A stretch of 64,000 nt of DNA from Clostridiales bacterium (GTDB lineage Bacteria > Bacillota > Clostridia > Monoglobales > JAIRYP01). The DNA lies in the NCBI GenBank assembly GCA_031267755.1, contig JAIRYP010000015.1, positions 142,538-206,537 of the forward strand, in the 5' to 3' direction. The position numbers were made by a program, and so were the translations under genes. The notes under the pieces were generated by a model, which did not search any database, was not told where the DNA came from, and saw only the letters and a program-made list of their open reading frames with translations. Of the stretch, positions 1 through 10,362 are shown piece by piece. Numbering within the stretch: the stretch's first letter is position 1; every line of letters starts with the position of its first letter.

Positions 1-55
1 TTACTGCTTTAACTTTTAAAATAACGTCAATTTATTAAAATTTTGGGATTGATTT

Positions 56-571
56 ATGAATTTTATAAAAAATTATATTATGAACATTTTAGGAAATATC
101 GTTTTAGGAACACTTTGTGAGCTTATTATGCCAAAGTGTAGTTTAAAAAAATATGTAGAGTTTACAATAGGGATTATTTTTATTGTTTCAGTTTTAAGGC
201 CGTTTTGCGGAATAAATAGAGAGGAGTTTAAGTGCGTAAAAGTTTTCGATGAATGCGCTCAACTATGTGAAGATAAAAATATAAAAAAATTTTGTGATAA
301 TTTAAATTCTGAAAAAATAAATAAAATAAAAGTAAACAGAATTTTTGAGAAGAAAATGTGTGAGAAAGTGAAAGAAACATTGCGAGAAATCATTAAAGAT
401 GATTTTAAGTTGGAATTAAAGGTTTGCGAAGATTTAAATAAAATGGGTGAAGTAAGTAAGCTTATCATAAATTTTAGTGATAAACAAAAAGTGTGTAAAC
501 ATAAGGAAAAAATTTTAGAAATTTTAAACGTTGAATTTGGAATAAATTCAGAAGTGATAGAAATAAAATGA
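56..571 (+). CDS. spoIIIAF: stage III sporulation protein AF
   Basis: 171-aa ORF. The N-terminal hydrophobic region (ELIMPKCSLKKYVEFTIGIIFIVSVLRPF) resembles B. subtilis SpoIIIAF. It is followed by AG and AH homologues in the canonical operon order. Confidence 0.7.
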   Translation: MNFIKNYIMNILGNIVLGTLCELIMPKCSLKKYVEFTIGIIFIVSVLRPFCGINREEFKCVKVFDECAQLCEDKNIKKFCDNLNSEKINKIKVNRIFEKKMCEKVKETLREIIKDDFKLELKVCEDLNKMGEVSKLIINFSDKQKVCKHKEKILEILNVEFGINSEVIEIK

Positions 572-583
572 TTTCAGGGGCGA

Positions 584-1162
584 TTGCTTATGAGTTTTGA
601 TAATACAAAAGAAAAAATGATTCTAAAAAATAAAAAATTGAATAGAATTTATATATGGATTGCATTAGGTGTATTTTTGTTTTTGATTGGTAATGTTTTT
701 TCAAAACCAAGTAAAAAAAAGGATGTAAAATTTGAAAATTTTAATAGATGTGAATTAGAAAAAGATAAAGAAGGAGAAAAAGTTTTTGAAGTTAAAAGAT
801 TTGAGGATGAATTATCTCAAATTTTATCTAAAGTAAAGGGTGTTGGAAAAGTTGATGTGAAGATGAGTTTTAAAAATACTGGCCAAAAAGTTTTTGAAAA
901 GGATGTAAGCTACATAAGGGATGAATCGCAAAACGAAAGAACAAAAACAGAGCAAAGTGAAAAAACCGTAATGGAAGGACAAACCTCAAATCAATCACCA
1001 GTTATTTCATATGAGAGATTTCCGGAAATAGATGGAGTTTTAGTAGTTGCATCGGGAGCAAACGATGAAAGTATTAAGCTTGAACTTAAAGATGCAATAA
1101 AAGCGATATTTGGTATATCATTCCATAGAATCAAAATAATGCCAAGAATTGATAATGAATAA
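584..1162 (+). CDS. spoIIIAG: stage III sporulation protein AG
   Basis: Has an N-terminal TM helix. The C-terminus PEIDGVLVVASGANDESIKLELKDAIKAIFGISFHRIKIMP fits the conserved SpoIIIAG C-terminal domain. Operon position supports the call. Confidence 0.75.
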   Translation: MLMSFDNTKEKMILKNKKLNRIYIWIALGVFLFLIGNVFSKPSKKKDVKFENFNRCELEKDKEGEKVFEVKRFEDELSQILSKVKGVGKVDVKMSFKNTGQKVFEKDVSYIRDESQNERTKTEQSEKTVMEGQTSNQSPVISYERFPEIDGVLVVASGANDESIKLELKDAIKAIFGISFHRIKIMPRIDNE

Positions 1163-1216
1163 AAAAATTTTAAGAGAAAAAATTATTTAAAAACAATTTA
1201 CATATTGGAGGAAATT

Positions 1217-1756
1217 ATGAAATTTATCAATGCTAAACAAATACTTCTCATGGGACTCATGTCGTTAGTTTTAATTGCTGGTTATTATAAGTGGAATGTA
1301 CAAAAAACAACAGAAACACCGGCTGCCGCAGTAAATGTTTCAGCTGAAGAAACGAAGTGTTGTGCTTCTTGTGATGACGAAACGGTTGTTTTTTCTAAAG
1401 AAACAGAACACAACTTTTTCGCAAATTCAAAGCTTGAAAAGGGAAAAGCACGTGATGAATCAATTGAAACCCTTAACAAAATAATTAATAATTCGACATT
1501 AACTGTTGATGCGAGATTGTCAGCTCAAAAACAAATTGCAGAAATTGCTAAAAATATTGAAAAAGAAGCAATTATTGAAGGTTTAGTTAAAGCAAAGGGT
1601 TATAGCGACTGTACTGCTTTTATTGATGAAAATAATGCAAATGTAATTGTAAAAGCAGATAAGCTCGATAGTCCAAAGGTTGCACAGATCAAAGATATAA
1701 TCGCAAGTCAAACAGGCTATAAACCTTCACAAATTAAAATATCAATTTGCAATTAA
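1217..1756 (+). CDS. spoIIIAH: stage III sporulation protein AH
   Basis: GGAGG lies 6 nt upstream of ATG 1217; the track start TTG 1205 overlaps this SD. Has an N-terminal TM helix and a SpoIIIAH-like C-terminal domain (LVKAKGYSDCTAFIDENNANVIVKADKL). It is the last gene of the spoIIIA operon. Confidence 0.75.
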   Translation: MKFINAKQILLMGLMSLVLIAGYYKWNVQKTTETPAAAVNVSAEETKCCASCDDETVVFSKETEHNFFANSKLEKGKARDESIETLNKIINNSTLTVDARLSAQKQIAEIAKNIEKEAIIEGLVKAKGYSDCTAFIDENNANVIVKADKLDSPKVAQIKDIIASQTGYKPSQIKISICN

Positions 1757-1775
1757 TTTTATAAAGCTTTTAAAG

Positions 1776-2174
1776 CTATTTTGTTTTATTTTTTTGTTTA
1801 GGTGATAGAAAACTACTGTAGCTCACACTCAACGGATCTTTTCGTGACTCAGAAGTAGAGTGGTTATTCTTTGAATTTTCCTTTACTTCATTAACTTTTG
1901 ATAAGTATAAATTTTCCTTTAATTTATAAAATTCTTCCCACAAATTTTCTTTTTCGTTTGCTAGTTTTTTTAAGGCCTCATCTGCTGCAAAGTATATAAT
2001 TTTGACAAGTTCGTAATATTCTGTGTTATCTTTATCATTTGTTGTTAAGGTTATCAAGATTCTAAAACATCTTTTTACAATATTTTCTTTTTTATGTTCG
2101 TCTTCTTCATTTTTTTTAATATTTCTTTGAACTTCTTTTATATTTTTTTTTATTTTATCAGACGTATTATTCAA
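1776..2174 (-). CDS. hypothetical Lys/Glu-rich protein, 132 aa
   Basis: Long ORF convergent with spoIIIAH. No motif recognised. Confidence 0.4.
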   Translation of the reverse strand: MNNTSDKIKKNIKEVQRNIKKNEEDEHKKENIVKRCFRILITLTTNDKDNTEYYELVKIIYFAADEALKKLANEKENLWEEFYKLKENLYLSKVNEVKENSKNNHSTSESRKDPLSVSYSSFLSPKQKNKTK

Positions 2175-2485
2175 AAAATAATCCCCCTCATTAATAAAAC
2201 ACAGGAAACAGGGAGCAAAAATGATTTAAAAATATTTTCAAAATCTTTTAAATATAATAGCAAGTATACAGTTTTGCACTATGAATTTTTCGTGATTTCC
2301 TGTTTCCTTGTTAAATACTTCAAGGGGCATTGTATATTTTTGGCGATGCTTGAGTCAATGGAGAATAAGTACAAATATTTAACAAATAATTGGTTAAAAT
2401 TACAAATTTTTACATTATTACTTTTTTTAACCATATTATGGATAAAATGAATTTTTCGCCATTAATTTATTTTTTGTAACATTTT

Positions 2486-2791
2486 TTAATGATTTGGTTT
2501 TTTAAAATTTGAATCTATTTGTTGCTGCATAACTATTTTTTCAATAGATTCGTCAATTTTTTCAGTTATTTCATTGCTTTTTTTGCATTTTATTTTTTTG
2601 CATTCTTCTTTTGAACGAATTACACCACTTGATGCAAAAGTTAAAATCATACTTCCAATTGTTGCAACTAAGTTACCGAGTGTTTCCAAATCTTCAGTGC
2701 ATTGTTCTTTGGAAAGCAAAAGTGCTGAAGAGCTCGCAATAGCTGCAAGTTCACATATTCCAAGAGTACTGACTCCCCTAAGACAAGACAA
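2486..2791 (-). CDS. hypothetical small helical Cys-containing protein, 101 aa
   Basis: The N-terminal pattern CELAAIASSSALLLSKE...LETLGNLVATIGSMI recalls small conserved clostridial proteins of unknown function. The opposite-strand ORF 2574..2795 looks like its shadow. Confidence 0.4.
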   Translation of the reverse strand: MSCLRGVSTLGICELAAIASSSALLLSKEQCTEDLETLGNLVATIGSMILTFASSGVIRSKEECKKIKCKKSNEITEKIDESIEKIVMQQQIDSNFKKPNH

Positions 2792-3017
2792 ATAATCAAC
2801 CCCTTAAATATTTATTTTAAACTATAATATTCTGTGTTTTTAAAATTGTTTAAAATTTACATATACAATTCATTTTTTTATATTTTTTTTAACCATTACT
2901 TGTTTATGATTACAAAAATTGGCCTTAAATTGTTTAAATATTAATATTTTAGGTTTAAAAATTACAAAATTACTGAAAATAATTTTAAATAAATTATTTG
3001 AAGGGAAGTGTGTAATC

Positions 3018-4781
3018 ATGTCGTTAAGAAAAACAAAAATAGTGTGTACTTTAGGACCTTCAACAGATAAGACAGAGATTTTAGAAGAAATGGTGAAAGT
3101 TGGCATGAATGTTGCGAGGCTTAATTTTTCACATGGAATATATGATGAGCAAAAGAAACGTCTTGATGAAGTAAAAACAGTGAGCAGAAAATTAGGAATT
3201 CCAGTTGCAACCTTACTTGATACAAAGGGACCAGAAATAAGACTTGGTTGTTTTAAAAATAAACAAGTCGAACTCATGCAAGGGCAAATTTTTAGGCTTA
3301 CGACAAATGAAATTGAAGGAGATGAAGAAAGTGTTTTTGTAACTTATTCAGGTCTTCCAAATGATGTTTCGGTTGGAACTACAATTTTAATAGATGACGG
3401 TTTGATTGAACTCGTTGTTGAAAAATTAACTGAAAAAGATATAAGTTGCAAAGTTTTAAATGGAGGTTTTATAAGTGATAGAAAAGGTGTTAATGTACCG
3501 AATGTTAAGTTAAATATGGATTATATAAGTGAAAAAGATAAAAATGATATAATTTTTGGAATTGAGAATGATTTTGATTTTATTGCGGCTTCTTTTGTTA
3601 GAAATGTAAATGACATATTTGATGTAAGGAGAATTTTGGAAGAAAACGGCGGAGAAGACATACAAATAATTGCAAAGATAGAAAATTATGAAGGTGTTTC
3701 AAATATTGACGATATAGTTAAAGCAAGCGATGGAATTATGGTTGCTCGAGGAGACTTAGGTGTTGAAATAGATTTTGAAGAACTTCCTCAAATTCAAAAA
3801 AAATTGATCGAGTCAGGATATAAGGCGGAAAAAAAAGTTATAACCGCAACACAAATGTTGGAATCTATGATTAAAAATCCACGGCCAACTCGCGCTGAAG
3901 TTAGTGATGTTGCAAATGCAGTGTATGATGGTACAAGTGCTGTAATGCTTTCAGGAGAGACAGCAGCTGGAAAATATCCTGTAGAGAGTTTAAGAACTAT
4001 GTCTAAAATAGTTACAGAAGCTGAAAAAGACATAAATTATATAAAAAGATTTAATGAAAATAAACTTTCAGTTTCTTCAAGTATTTCTCATGCGATAAGT
4101 CATGCAACGTGTACAACTGCTCATGATTTGAATGTTTCGGCTATTATTGTTGTTACGAAGTCTGGTTATACTGCGAGAGCAATTTCAAGTTTTAGACCTG
4201 CATCAACAATTGTTTCGGCCGTTACTAGCGAGAAAGTATGTAGGCAGCTTGCTTTGTCTTGGGGAGTTTACCCGATAATGGCTAAGGAACAACAAAGTAG
4301 TGAAGAATTGTACGAACACGCTGTTGAAAAGGCAATTGAGACTAATTTTATTGAAAATGGAGATCTGGTAGTTGTAACAGGAAGTTCTACAGTGGGAATA
4401 AGTGGTACTACTAATACCCTAAAAGTTCATTTGGTTGGTAATATATTGCTTCGTGGAGTTGGTATAAATAATTTAAGTGTTTATGGAAAGGTTCTTGTAG
4501 CCGAAAACAAAGAACAAGCTTTGGAAGAATTTACTGATCAAGACATTTTAGTAATTTCAAAAACTTCAATGGATATGGAAGAATTTCTTAAAAATTTCAA
4601 AGGAATAGTTGTTGAACAAAATGGGGCTTCATCGCACGGCGCAATTGTTGGTATAACTCTTGGTATTCCAATTATATTTGGAGCTACAGATGCAACCAAA
4701 GTATTAAAAACAGGAATGATTGTGACCATTGAGTCGGGAGGCGGAATAGTATATAGCGGTATTGTCAAGATAGGTTGTTGA
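3018..4781 (+). CDS. pyk: pyruvate kinase with C-terminal PEP-utilizer mobile domain
   Basis: Motifs: MSLRKTKIVCTLGPS, NFSHG, MVARGDLGVE, MLSGETAAGKYP. The C-terminal swivel domain has SHGAIVGITLGIPIIFG. Start moved to ATG 3018, since the upstream part of the track ORF is AT-rich leader. Confidence 0.95.
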   Translation: MSLRKTKIVCTLGPSTDKTEILEEMVKVGMNVARLNFSHGIYDEQKKRLDEVKTVSRKLGIPVATLLDTKGPEIRLGCFKNKQVELMQGQIFRLTTNEIEGDEESVFVTYSGLPNDVSVGTTILIDDGLIELVVEKLTEKDISCKVLNGGFISDRKGVNVPNVKLNMDYISEKDKNDIIFGIENDFDFIAASFVRNVNDIFDVRRILEENGGEDIQIIAKIENYEGVSNIDDIVKASDGIMVARGDLGVEIDFEELPQIQKKLIESGYKAEKKVITATQMLESMIKNPRPTRAEVSDVANAVYDGTSAVMLSGETAAGKYPVESLRTMSKIVTEAEKDINYIKRFNENKLSVSSSISHAISHATCTTAHDLNVSAIIVVTKSGYTARAISSFRPASTIVSAVTSEKVCRQLALSWGVYPIMAKEQQSSEELYEHAVEKAIETNFIENGDLVVVTGSSTVGISGTTNTLKVHLVGNILLRGVGINNLSVYGKVLVAENKEQALEEFTDQDILVISKTSMDMEEFLKNFKGIVVEQNGASSHGAIVGITLGIPIIFGATDATKVLKTGMIVTIESGGGIVYSGIVKIGC

Positions 4782-4856
4782 GGTTTATATTTTAATTTTG
4801 TTAATTATTTGTTTTTAAAATGAATTAAAAAGTTTTAAAAAGCAATTAAATTGTTT

Positions 4857-4919
4857 AAGCACAAGAGTAGTGATTAAAAAAATTTTTTTATCAAAATTTC
4901 TTTGTGCTTTTATTTTTTA
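4857..4919 (+). terminator. putative rho-independent terminator after pyk
   Basis: AAGCACAA (4857-4864) pairs with TTGTGCTT (4902-4909). The loop is A/T self-complementary and a T-run follows. Confidence 0.4.
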
Positions 4920-5012
4920 TTAATTACAAAAAAATAATTGAATTATATTTGTATAAATTTTAATATTTTGGAAAATAATAGAAAGTTGTAAAAATAAAAA
5001 GGAGGAAAAAAA

Positions 5013-5192
5013 GTGATAAGTGCTAAAGAATTATCATTGCTTAAAGGTACACTTGAACATGAAAAACTTTTAGTTAAAAAATATCGTTTTTATGCAACAC
5101 ATTGTAGCGATAAGGAACTAAAGAAAAAGTGTGAGCAATTATCGGAGAAACACAAACAACATTTTGATATTCTTCTCAGTTATTTGCAATAA
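5013..5192 (+). CDS. small spore-coat-associated protein, 59 aa (not in the ORF track)
   Basis: AGGAGG lies 7 nt upstream of GTG 5013. The ORF reads VISAKELSLLKGTLEHEKLLVKKYRFYATHCSDKELKKKCEQLSEKHKQHFDILLSYLQ, which resembles the small helical partner often found upstream of CotF-like genes. Confidence 0.5.
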   Translation: MISAKELSLLKGTLEHEKLLVKKYRFYATHCSDKELKKKCEQLSEKHKQHFDILLSYLQ

Positions 5193-5246
5193 TTTAAAAT
5201 AATTTTTAAATGGTCTTGAAAATTTAAATTTTTAAAGGAGTAATGC

Positions 5247-5516
5247 ATGATTAATTTTGATGAGTGGACAGATAAAGAAATAGCTTCTGATGCGCTTTCA
5301 GATCATAAGTTTGTAACTGCTTGTTATAATTATTTTTCTAACGAGTGTCAAAATCCTGATTTGAGAAACGATACTTTAAAAATTTTAAATGAAGAACATC
5401 ATTTGCAAGCAGATGTTTTTACATTTAATCATGATCGTGGTTGGTATCCTATTGAAGAGTCTGAACAACAAAAATTACAAAGTGCCTATGAAACGGTTAT
5501 TGAAAAAAATTCCTAA
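5247..5516 (+). CDS. spore coat protein F-like (Coat_F domain)
   Basis: DKEIASDALSDHKFVTACYNYFSNECQNPDLRNDTLKILNEEHHLQADVFTFNHDRGWYP fits the CotF family pattern. AAGGAG RBS present. Confidence 0.6.
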   Translation: MINFDEWTDKEIASDALSDHKFVTACYNYFSNECQNPDLRNDTLKILNEEHHLQADVFTFNHDRGWYPIEESEQQKLQSAYETVIEKNS

Positions 5517-5634
5517 TGCGATTAAAAACGTGTTTATTTTTTATATACATGTTTTACATAAGGTATGTTAAAGAATAAACTTTAAATTTTATAAATATAT
5601 TTATTTTATAAAAGTGAGAAAAAGGAGAAGCTAG

Positions 5635-7491
5635 ATGCCCGAAGTTAATGTTGAAAAAATTAATTTTAACAGAAAATTTTTTTTGGCATTGGCATTTAGT
5701 TTAATTTTCTTGTTTCATTGTTCGATGTCAGCATTTTCAAATTTAGGGAATAACGATAAAATAGCTGAAAATGTTTATGTTCTTGGCCAGTGCGTTGGAG
5801 ATTTGAGTGAAGAAGAAGCAATTAGTGTTATCAAAAAAAAGTATGCAAATTCTTTAAGTGGACGGAAAATTTTGGTTTTTTTCGAAGGAAAAACTAATTG
5901 TTTAGATTTGGATAATATTGACGCGAAGATAAATTTTGAGGAAACAATATCAAATGTTTTGTCGTATCGAAAAAAAAGAAATTTTTTTACTTTTATATTT
6001 GAATATTTTAAACCAAAGGCGGAAAAGAAGATTTTTCCACTCGTGATAAGTTACAACGAAAATTTTATGTGTGAGTTTTTGAATTCTATTTTAGCTGATA
6101 AAGAAAATGATCCTACTGAGTGGAGTTACAAAGTTCAGGATGAAGATTTAATTATTATTTCAGGCAAGAGTGGTTTAAAATCAAATAAAAAGGAAGTTTT
6201 TGAAAATATTAAAACTAAAATAACTTATTTAAATTTTGAAGATGAAAAAATTTTACTTGAGGAAGTTGAACCTAGGCCTTTAGACATTGAAAAATTATAT
6301 GAAGAAATGAATTCTGAACCGAAAGATGCGTATTATGAGAAGTTGAAAGGGAAAGTGGTTATAATTCCAGATAAAAAGCGAATTCATGTGAGCAAAGAAG
6401 AACTTGAGAATCTTTTAGTAGAAAAGCAAGATGTTTATAGAACAAAAATTATGTATGAAAGCGCCAATGTGACGGAAGGTATGTTAGAAAAAAAACTTTT
6501 CAAAGATAGACTTTCAACTTATACGACAATGTTTAATGTTTCTAATATTAATCGTTCAATTAATATAAAAATTTCTTCTGATAAATGTAATGGTTATGAG
6601 ATGCTTCCAGATGAAATTTTTTCCTTCAATAAAAGCGTTGGAGCTAGAACGGTTGAAAATGGTTTCAAAATTTCAAGAGTATTTGTGGGAGTTTGTGCAA
6701 CAAATGGTATTGGGGGAGGTATTTGCCAAACTTCATCTACAATGTATTCTAGTGCTATTTATGCAAATCTTGAAGTAATTGAAAGAATGAATCATTCTTT
6801 GCCCGTTTCTTATGTTCCGCTTGGTCAAGATGCAACGATTGCACAAAGACATATAGATTTAAAAATTAGAAATAGTACCAGTTATCCTATAAAAATTGTT
6901 TCAGAAGTGGGTTCGGGTAAGGTAACGTTTAGTTTTTGGGGAACAAATGAGGATGATTATGATATTGAAATTAAACATACAACGAAAAAAGTTATTCCTT
7001 ATAAAACTTTTCAAGAAGAGGATTCTAGTATAGCTGAAGGTCAAGTTAAAATAAAGCAAAATGGAATGAATGGATGTGAAGTTTCATCTCAAAGAATTAT
7101 AAAAAAAGATGGGAAAATTATAAAAATTGAAGAATTGCCTGAAAGTTTATATTCTCCGATTGATAAGGTAGAATTTATAAACCCTAAAAAACAACAGGAA
7201 AATCAAGTTTTCCCTTCGCAATTTAAAAAATCGGATAAACAATCAAAAAATACTCAACCTGAATTCAAGATTGATAATTCTTTGAATGTTGAAGAAAAAA
7301 TTTCAGATAATTTGAAATCTGAAAAAAACAATGAGCGAGAAGCTAAAGAAGAAATTAAAGAAGAAGTTAAAGAAGAATTTTGCAAAACGAAAGAAGAAGA
7401 AAATAATTTAGAGTTGTTTGATAACGGTGAACTAGAAACGAAAATAGAATCTATGGTTGGTGAAGAAGTAACCGAGAGTAATGTTGAGTAA
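5635..7491 (+). CDS. VanW family protein with G5-like domain and acidic low-complexity tail
   Basis: Has an N-terminal TM helix. The VanW core is GGGICQTSSTMYSSAIYANLEVIERMNHS. A G5-like segment reads VIPYKTFQEEDSSIAEGQVKIKQNGMNGCEV. The C-terminal tail is Glu/Lys-rich. Confidence 0.8.
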   Translation: MPEVNVEKINFNRKFFLALAFSLIFLFHCSMSAFSNLGNNDKIAENVYVLGQCVGDLSEEEAISVIKKKYANSLSGRKILVFFEGKTNCLDLDNIDAKINFEETISNVLSYRKKRNFFTFIFEYFKPKAEKKIFPLVISYNENFMCEFLNSILADKENDPTEWSYKVQDEDLIIISGKSGLKSNKKEVFENIKTKITYLNFEDEKILLEEVEPRPLDIEKLYEEMNSEPKDAYYEKLKGKVVIIPDKKRIHVSKEELENLLVEKQDVYRTKIMYESANVTEGMLEKKLFKDRLSTYTTMFNVSNINRSINIKISSDKCNGYEMLPDEIFSFNKSVGARTVENGFKISRVFVGVCATNGIGGGICQTSSTMYSSAIYANLEVIERMNHSLPVSYVPLGQDATIAQRHIDLKIRNSTSYPIKIVSEVGSGKVTFSFWGTNEDDYDIEIKHTTKKVIPYKTFQEEDSSIAEGQVKIKQNGMNGCEVSSQRIIKKDGKIIKIEELPESLYSPIDKVEFINPKKQQENQVFPSQFKKSDKQSKNTQPEFKIDNSLNVEEKISDNLKSEKNNEREAKEEIKEEVKEEFCKTKEEENNLELFDNGELETKIESMVGEEVTESNVE

Positions 7492-7920
7492 TTTTAAGTA
7501 AATATTTTTTTCTTTATTTTTAATTAATTTTTTATGTATCCATAGAAAATTTTTAAAACTTTTTAAAAACAAAAGAATTAACTGAAATTAGGAAAAAATT
7601 CGAGATGTTGTTTTTCTTGTATTTTTTTATAAATAATTTATTTTTTTTAAAAAATGGTTTTTGTATCTGTTTGCAGGGTTTGAGAGATCCAAATTTTAAT
7701 TTAATGCTCTCAAAATATTATTATTTAAAAATACTAATATTTTTTATGTTTTTTATTTTAAAATTATTTAATTTTTCTAATTTGATAGTTAAATTGTCTA
7801 AAGATTTAATATTTAGTATTTATAATATTACTAAATAAATAAATAAAATTTTTATGATTATTTGAGTGTTTTTTTCGTGCATGATAAAATTTCCTTTCAG
7901 TTTATTTGTGAGGTGTAGTT

Positions 7921-9219
7921 ATGCAGAATATTAAATTAGATTTAAGTGGTGTTGAAAGTTTTGTTGAAAAAAAAGAAATTGAAGCTATGAATTGGAAAAT
8001 AGAGCGTAGTTTTAATTTTTTAAAAAAGAGAGATGGTTTGGGAAATGAATTTTTGGGGTGGCTTAATTTGCCGAAAGATTATGATAGGGATGAATTTTAT
8101 AAAATACAAGAAACAGCTAAAAAAATAAGGGGAAATTCGAACATATTAATAGTGATAGGAATAGGCGGTTCTTATCTTGGTGCAAAAGCTGCAATTGAGT
8201 TTTTAGGCGATGAATTTAAGAATTATTGTTCTGATTTTAACGTTTTTTTTGCTGGAAACAATTTAAGTCCTAATTATATAAAAAGTTTATTAAAAGCAAT
8301 AGATGAAAAAGACGTTTCATTAAATGTTATTTCAAAGTCAGGAACAACGCTAGAACCCGCTATTTCATTTAGAATTTTTAGAGAACATTTAATTGATAAG
8401 TATGGCATAGAAGAAGCTCGAAAAAGAATTTATGTAACCACAGATAAGTCACATGGTTCCTTAAAAAGGTATTCGATAGAACAAGGTTATGAGACTTTTG
8501 TAATTCCGGATGATATTGGCGGAAGATATTCTGTTCTTACTTCGGTTGGGCTTTTGCCTATTTGTATATGTGGTTACAAAATCGATGAAATTATGCTTGG
8601 TGCAGAATGTGGCATGGAAAATTATTTATTGAATGATAATAATTTATCGAAAAATATTTCGTGCAAATATGCGGCGATTAGAAATATTCTTTTTAATAAA
8701 AATAAAAATATTGAAATAATTGTAAATTATGATCCGGAACTTAAATTTTTTACCGAATGGTGGAAACAGTTATTTGGTGAGAGCGAAGGCAAAAATCATA
8801 AGGGAATATTTCCGGCGAGTTTAAATTTTTCAACTGATTTGCATTCTATGGGTCAATATATTCAGGATGGATCGAGAAATATTTTTGAAACCGTTTTGTG
8901 TGTTGAAAATTCAAAGAATGATATAGCAATTAAAGAAGAAGAAAATAATTTAGATGGGCTTAATTTTTTAAATGGTAAAACTTTAGATTTTGTTAATAAA
9001 AAAGTGTTTAAGGGGACAAGGTTTGCTCACATTGATGGAGGTGTTCCAAATCTTGCGATAAGTCTTAAAAAATTAGATGAATTTACTTTTGGCGAACTTA
9101 TATATTTTTTTGAAGTTGCGTGTGCAGTAAGTGCTTATTCGCTCGATGTAAACCCTTTTGATCAGCCGGGTGTTGAAATGTATAAAAAAAACATGCTTGA
9201 TCTTCTTGAAAAATTTTAG
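7921..9219 (+). CDS. pgi: glucose-6-phosphate isomerase
   Basis: Motifs: IGIGGSYLGAKA, GGRYSVLTSVGLLP, LFGESEGK, HSMGQYIQDG. Confidence 0.95.
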   Translation: MQNIKLDLSGVESFVEKKEIEAMNWKIERSFNFLKKRDGLGNEFLGWLNLPKDYDRDEFYKIQETAKKIRGNSNILIVIGIGGSYLGAKAAIEFLGDEFKNYCSDFNVFFAGNNLSPNYIKSLLKAIDEKDVSLNVISKSGTTLEPAISFRIFREHLIDKYGIEEARKRIYVTTDKSHGSLKRYSIEQGYETFVIPDDIGGRYSVLTSVGLLPICICGYKIDEIMLGAECGMENYLLNDNNLSKNISCKYAAIRNILFNKNKNIEIIVNYDPELKFFTEWWKQLFGESEGKNHKGIFPASLNFSTDLHSMGQYIQDGSRNIFETVLCVENSKNDIAIKEEENNLDGLNFLNGKTLDFVNKKVFKGTRFAHIDGGVPNLAISLKKLDEFTFGELIYFFEVACAVSAYSLDVNPFDQPGVEMYKKNMLDLLEKF

Positions 9220-9369
9220 AGTTAAGTTTAAATCAATTGGTTTTTTAAATATTTTTAGATGTTCAAACGATCATTTTGATCTTGTTTTGTTATTACATTT
9301 GAAAAATTAAGAATTTTTTATATATTTTGCAATCATATTTTAAGGGAAGTATATGAGGCGGGAGTAATT

Positions 9370-10362
9370 TTGAAAAAGGCATTTTTTATGGCTAAATCTG
9401 AAATTGATAAAATTAGAAAAGAAAATCGAAAAAAAACTTTAGAAAATAAGGTTAACGTACATAATGCAGTGCCTGAAATTGTGCGTATAGATGAAAAACT
9501 TGCGATTTGCGGTGTGAGGCTTGTACGCTGCGTTATTGATGAAAATAATAGAAAAAGTTATGAAGAAATAAAAGAAGAAATAATTAATTTGCAGGAAGAG
9601 AAGAGAAAAGTTTTAACGAGTAATGGATTTTCTGAAAATTTTATGGATGAGATTTATGCTTGTTTGCGCTGCAACGACAGTGGTTTTAAAGAAAATAAAC
9701 CGTGCCAATGCTTAAGCAAGCTAGTTGCCAAATATAGGCGAAAATTTTCTAATGTGGTTGGTCAAATGGCCAAAAAAAAATTTAATAATTTTGATTTTTC
9801 TTTATTTGATTATGATAGTAAGGTTAAAAAGTCGGTAGAGTTTGCTTATGATACTTTACTTAATTTTATAAATATAAGCGACAAATTTACAAATATTTTT
9901 ATAACTGGAGAATCAGGAACAGGCAAAACATTTATTTCGTTATGTGTGGCCAATAAAATTTTAGAAAATGAAAAGGATGTTTATTATCAATCGGCTTATA
10001 ATATGGCTGATGCTATAGATAGAGTAAAATTTGATAAAATGGGTTCTGCTAAGGCAGGTGAAATATTAAAATTTGCGTATACTGTGGATTATTTGATAAT
10101 TGATGATTTAGGGGCAGAATTTTCAAATTCTATAATAATTACTACGTTACTTAATATAATTGATTATAGAATTATGAAAAAGAGACCAATTATTATAAAC
10201 AGTAATTTAGGTCTTGAAGATATTAAATGTAGATATGGTTTAAGAGTTGCTTCTCGCATTGCTGGAGAATTTAAAATGTTAAGAATGTTGGGGCGGGATT
10301 TGAGACTTAAAAATAAGGTTACTATAGAAATTAATGAAATTGAGTTTTTGGGCGAAAGTTAA
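9370..10362 (+). CDS. DnaC/IstB-like AAA+ ATPase (replication helicase-loader-like) with Cys-rich motif
   Basis: Walker A GESGTGKTF, Walker B LIIDDLG, and a Cys cluster CLRCNDSGFKENKPCQC. Start is ambiguous: TTG 9370 or ATG 9388. Confidence 0.75.
   Translation: MKKAFFMAKSEIDKIRKENRKKTLENKVNVHNAVPEIVRIDEKLAICGVRLVRCVIDENNRKSYEEIKEEIINLQEEKRKVLTSNGFSENFMDEIYACLRCNDSGFKENKPCQCLSKLVAKYRRKFSNVVGQMAKKKFNNFDFSLFDYDSKVKKSVEFAYDTLLNFINISDKFTNIFITGESGTGKTFISLCVANKILENEKDVYYQSAYNMADAIDRVKFDKMGSAKAGEILKFAYTVDYLIIDDLGAEFSNSIIITTLLNIIDYRIMKKRPIIINSNLGLEDIKCRYGLRVASRIAGEFKMLRMLGRDLRLKNKVTIEINEIEFLGES

Noticed and set aside
2870-3277. 135-aa minus-strand ORF overlapping the pyk start. The 5' extension of the pyk track ORF (2919-3017) was also examined.
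   Set aside because: The sequence is an AT-rich leader. The pyruvate kinase homology begins at MSLRKTKIVCTLGPS (ATG 3018).
5389-5571. 60-aa ORF overlapping the 3' half of the CotF-like gene
   Set aside because: It is an out-of-frame overlap with a gene that has family-level motif support, and it has no RBS.
7605-7838. 77-aa Phe/Leu/Ile/Asn-rich ORF in the vanW-pgi spacer. Similar ORFs are at 2094-2450, 52213-52413 and 56019-56240.
   Set aside because: These are low-complexity translations of AT-rich intergenic DNA with no RBS. Some overlap real genes on the other strand.
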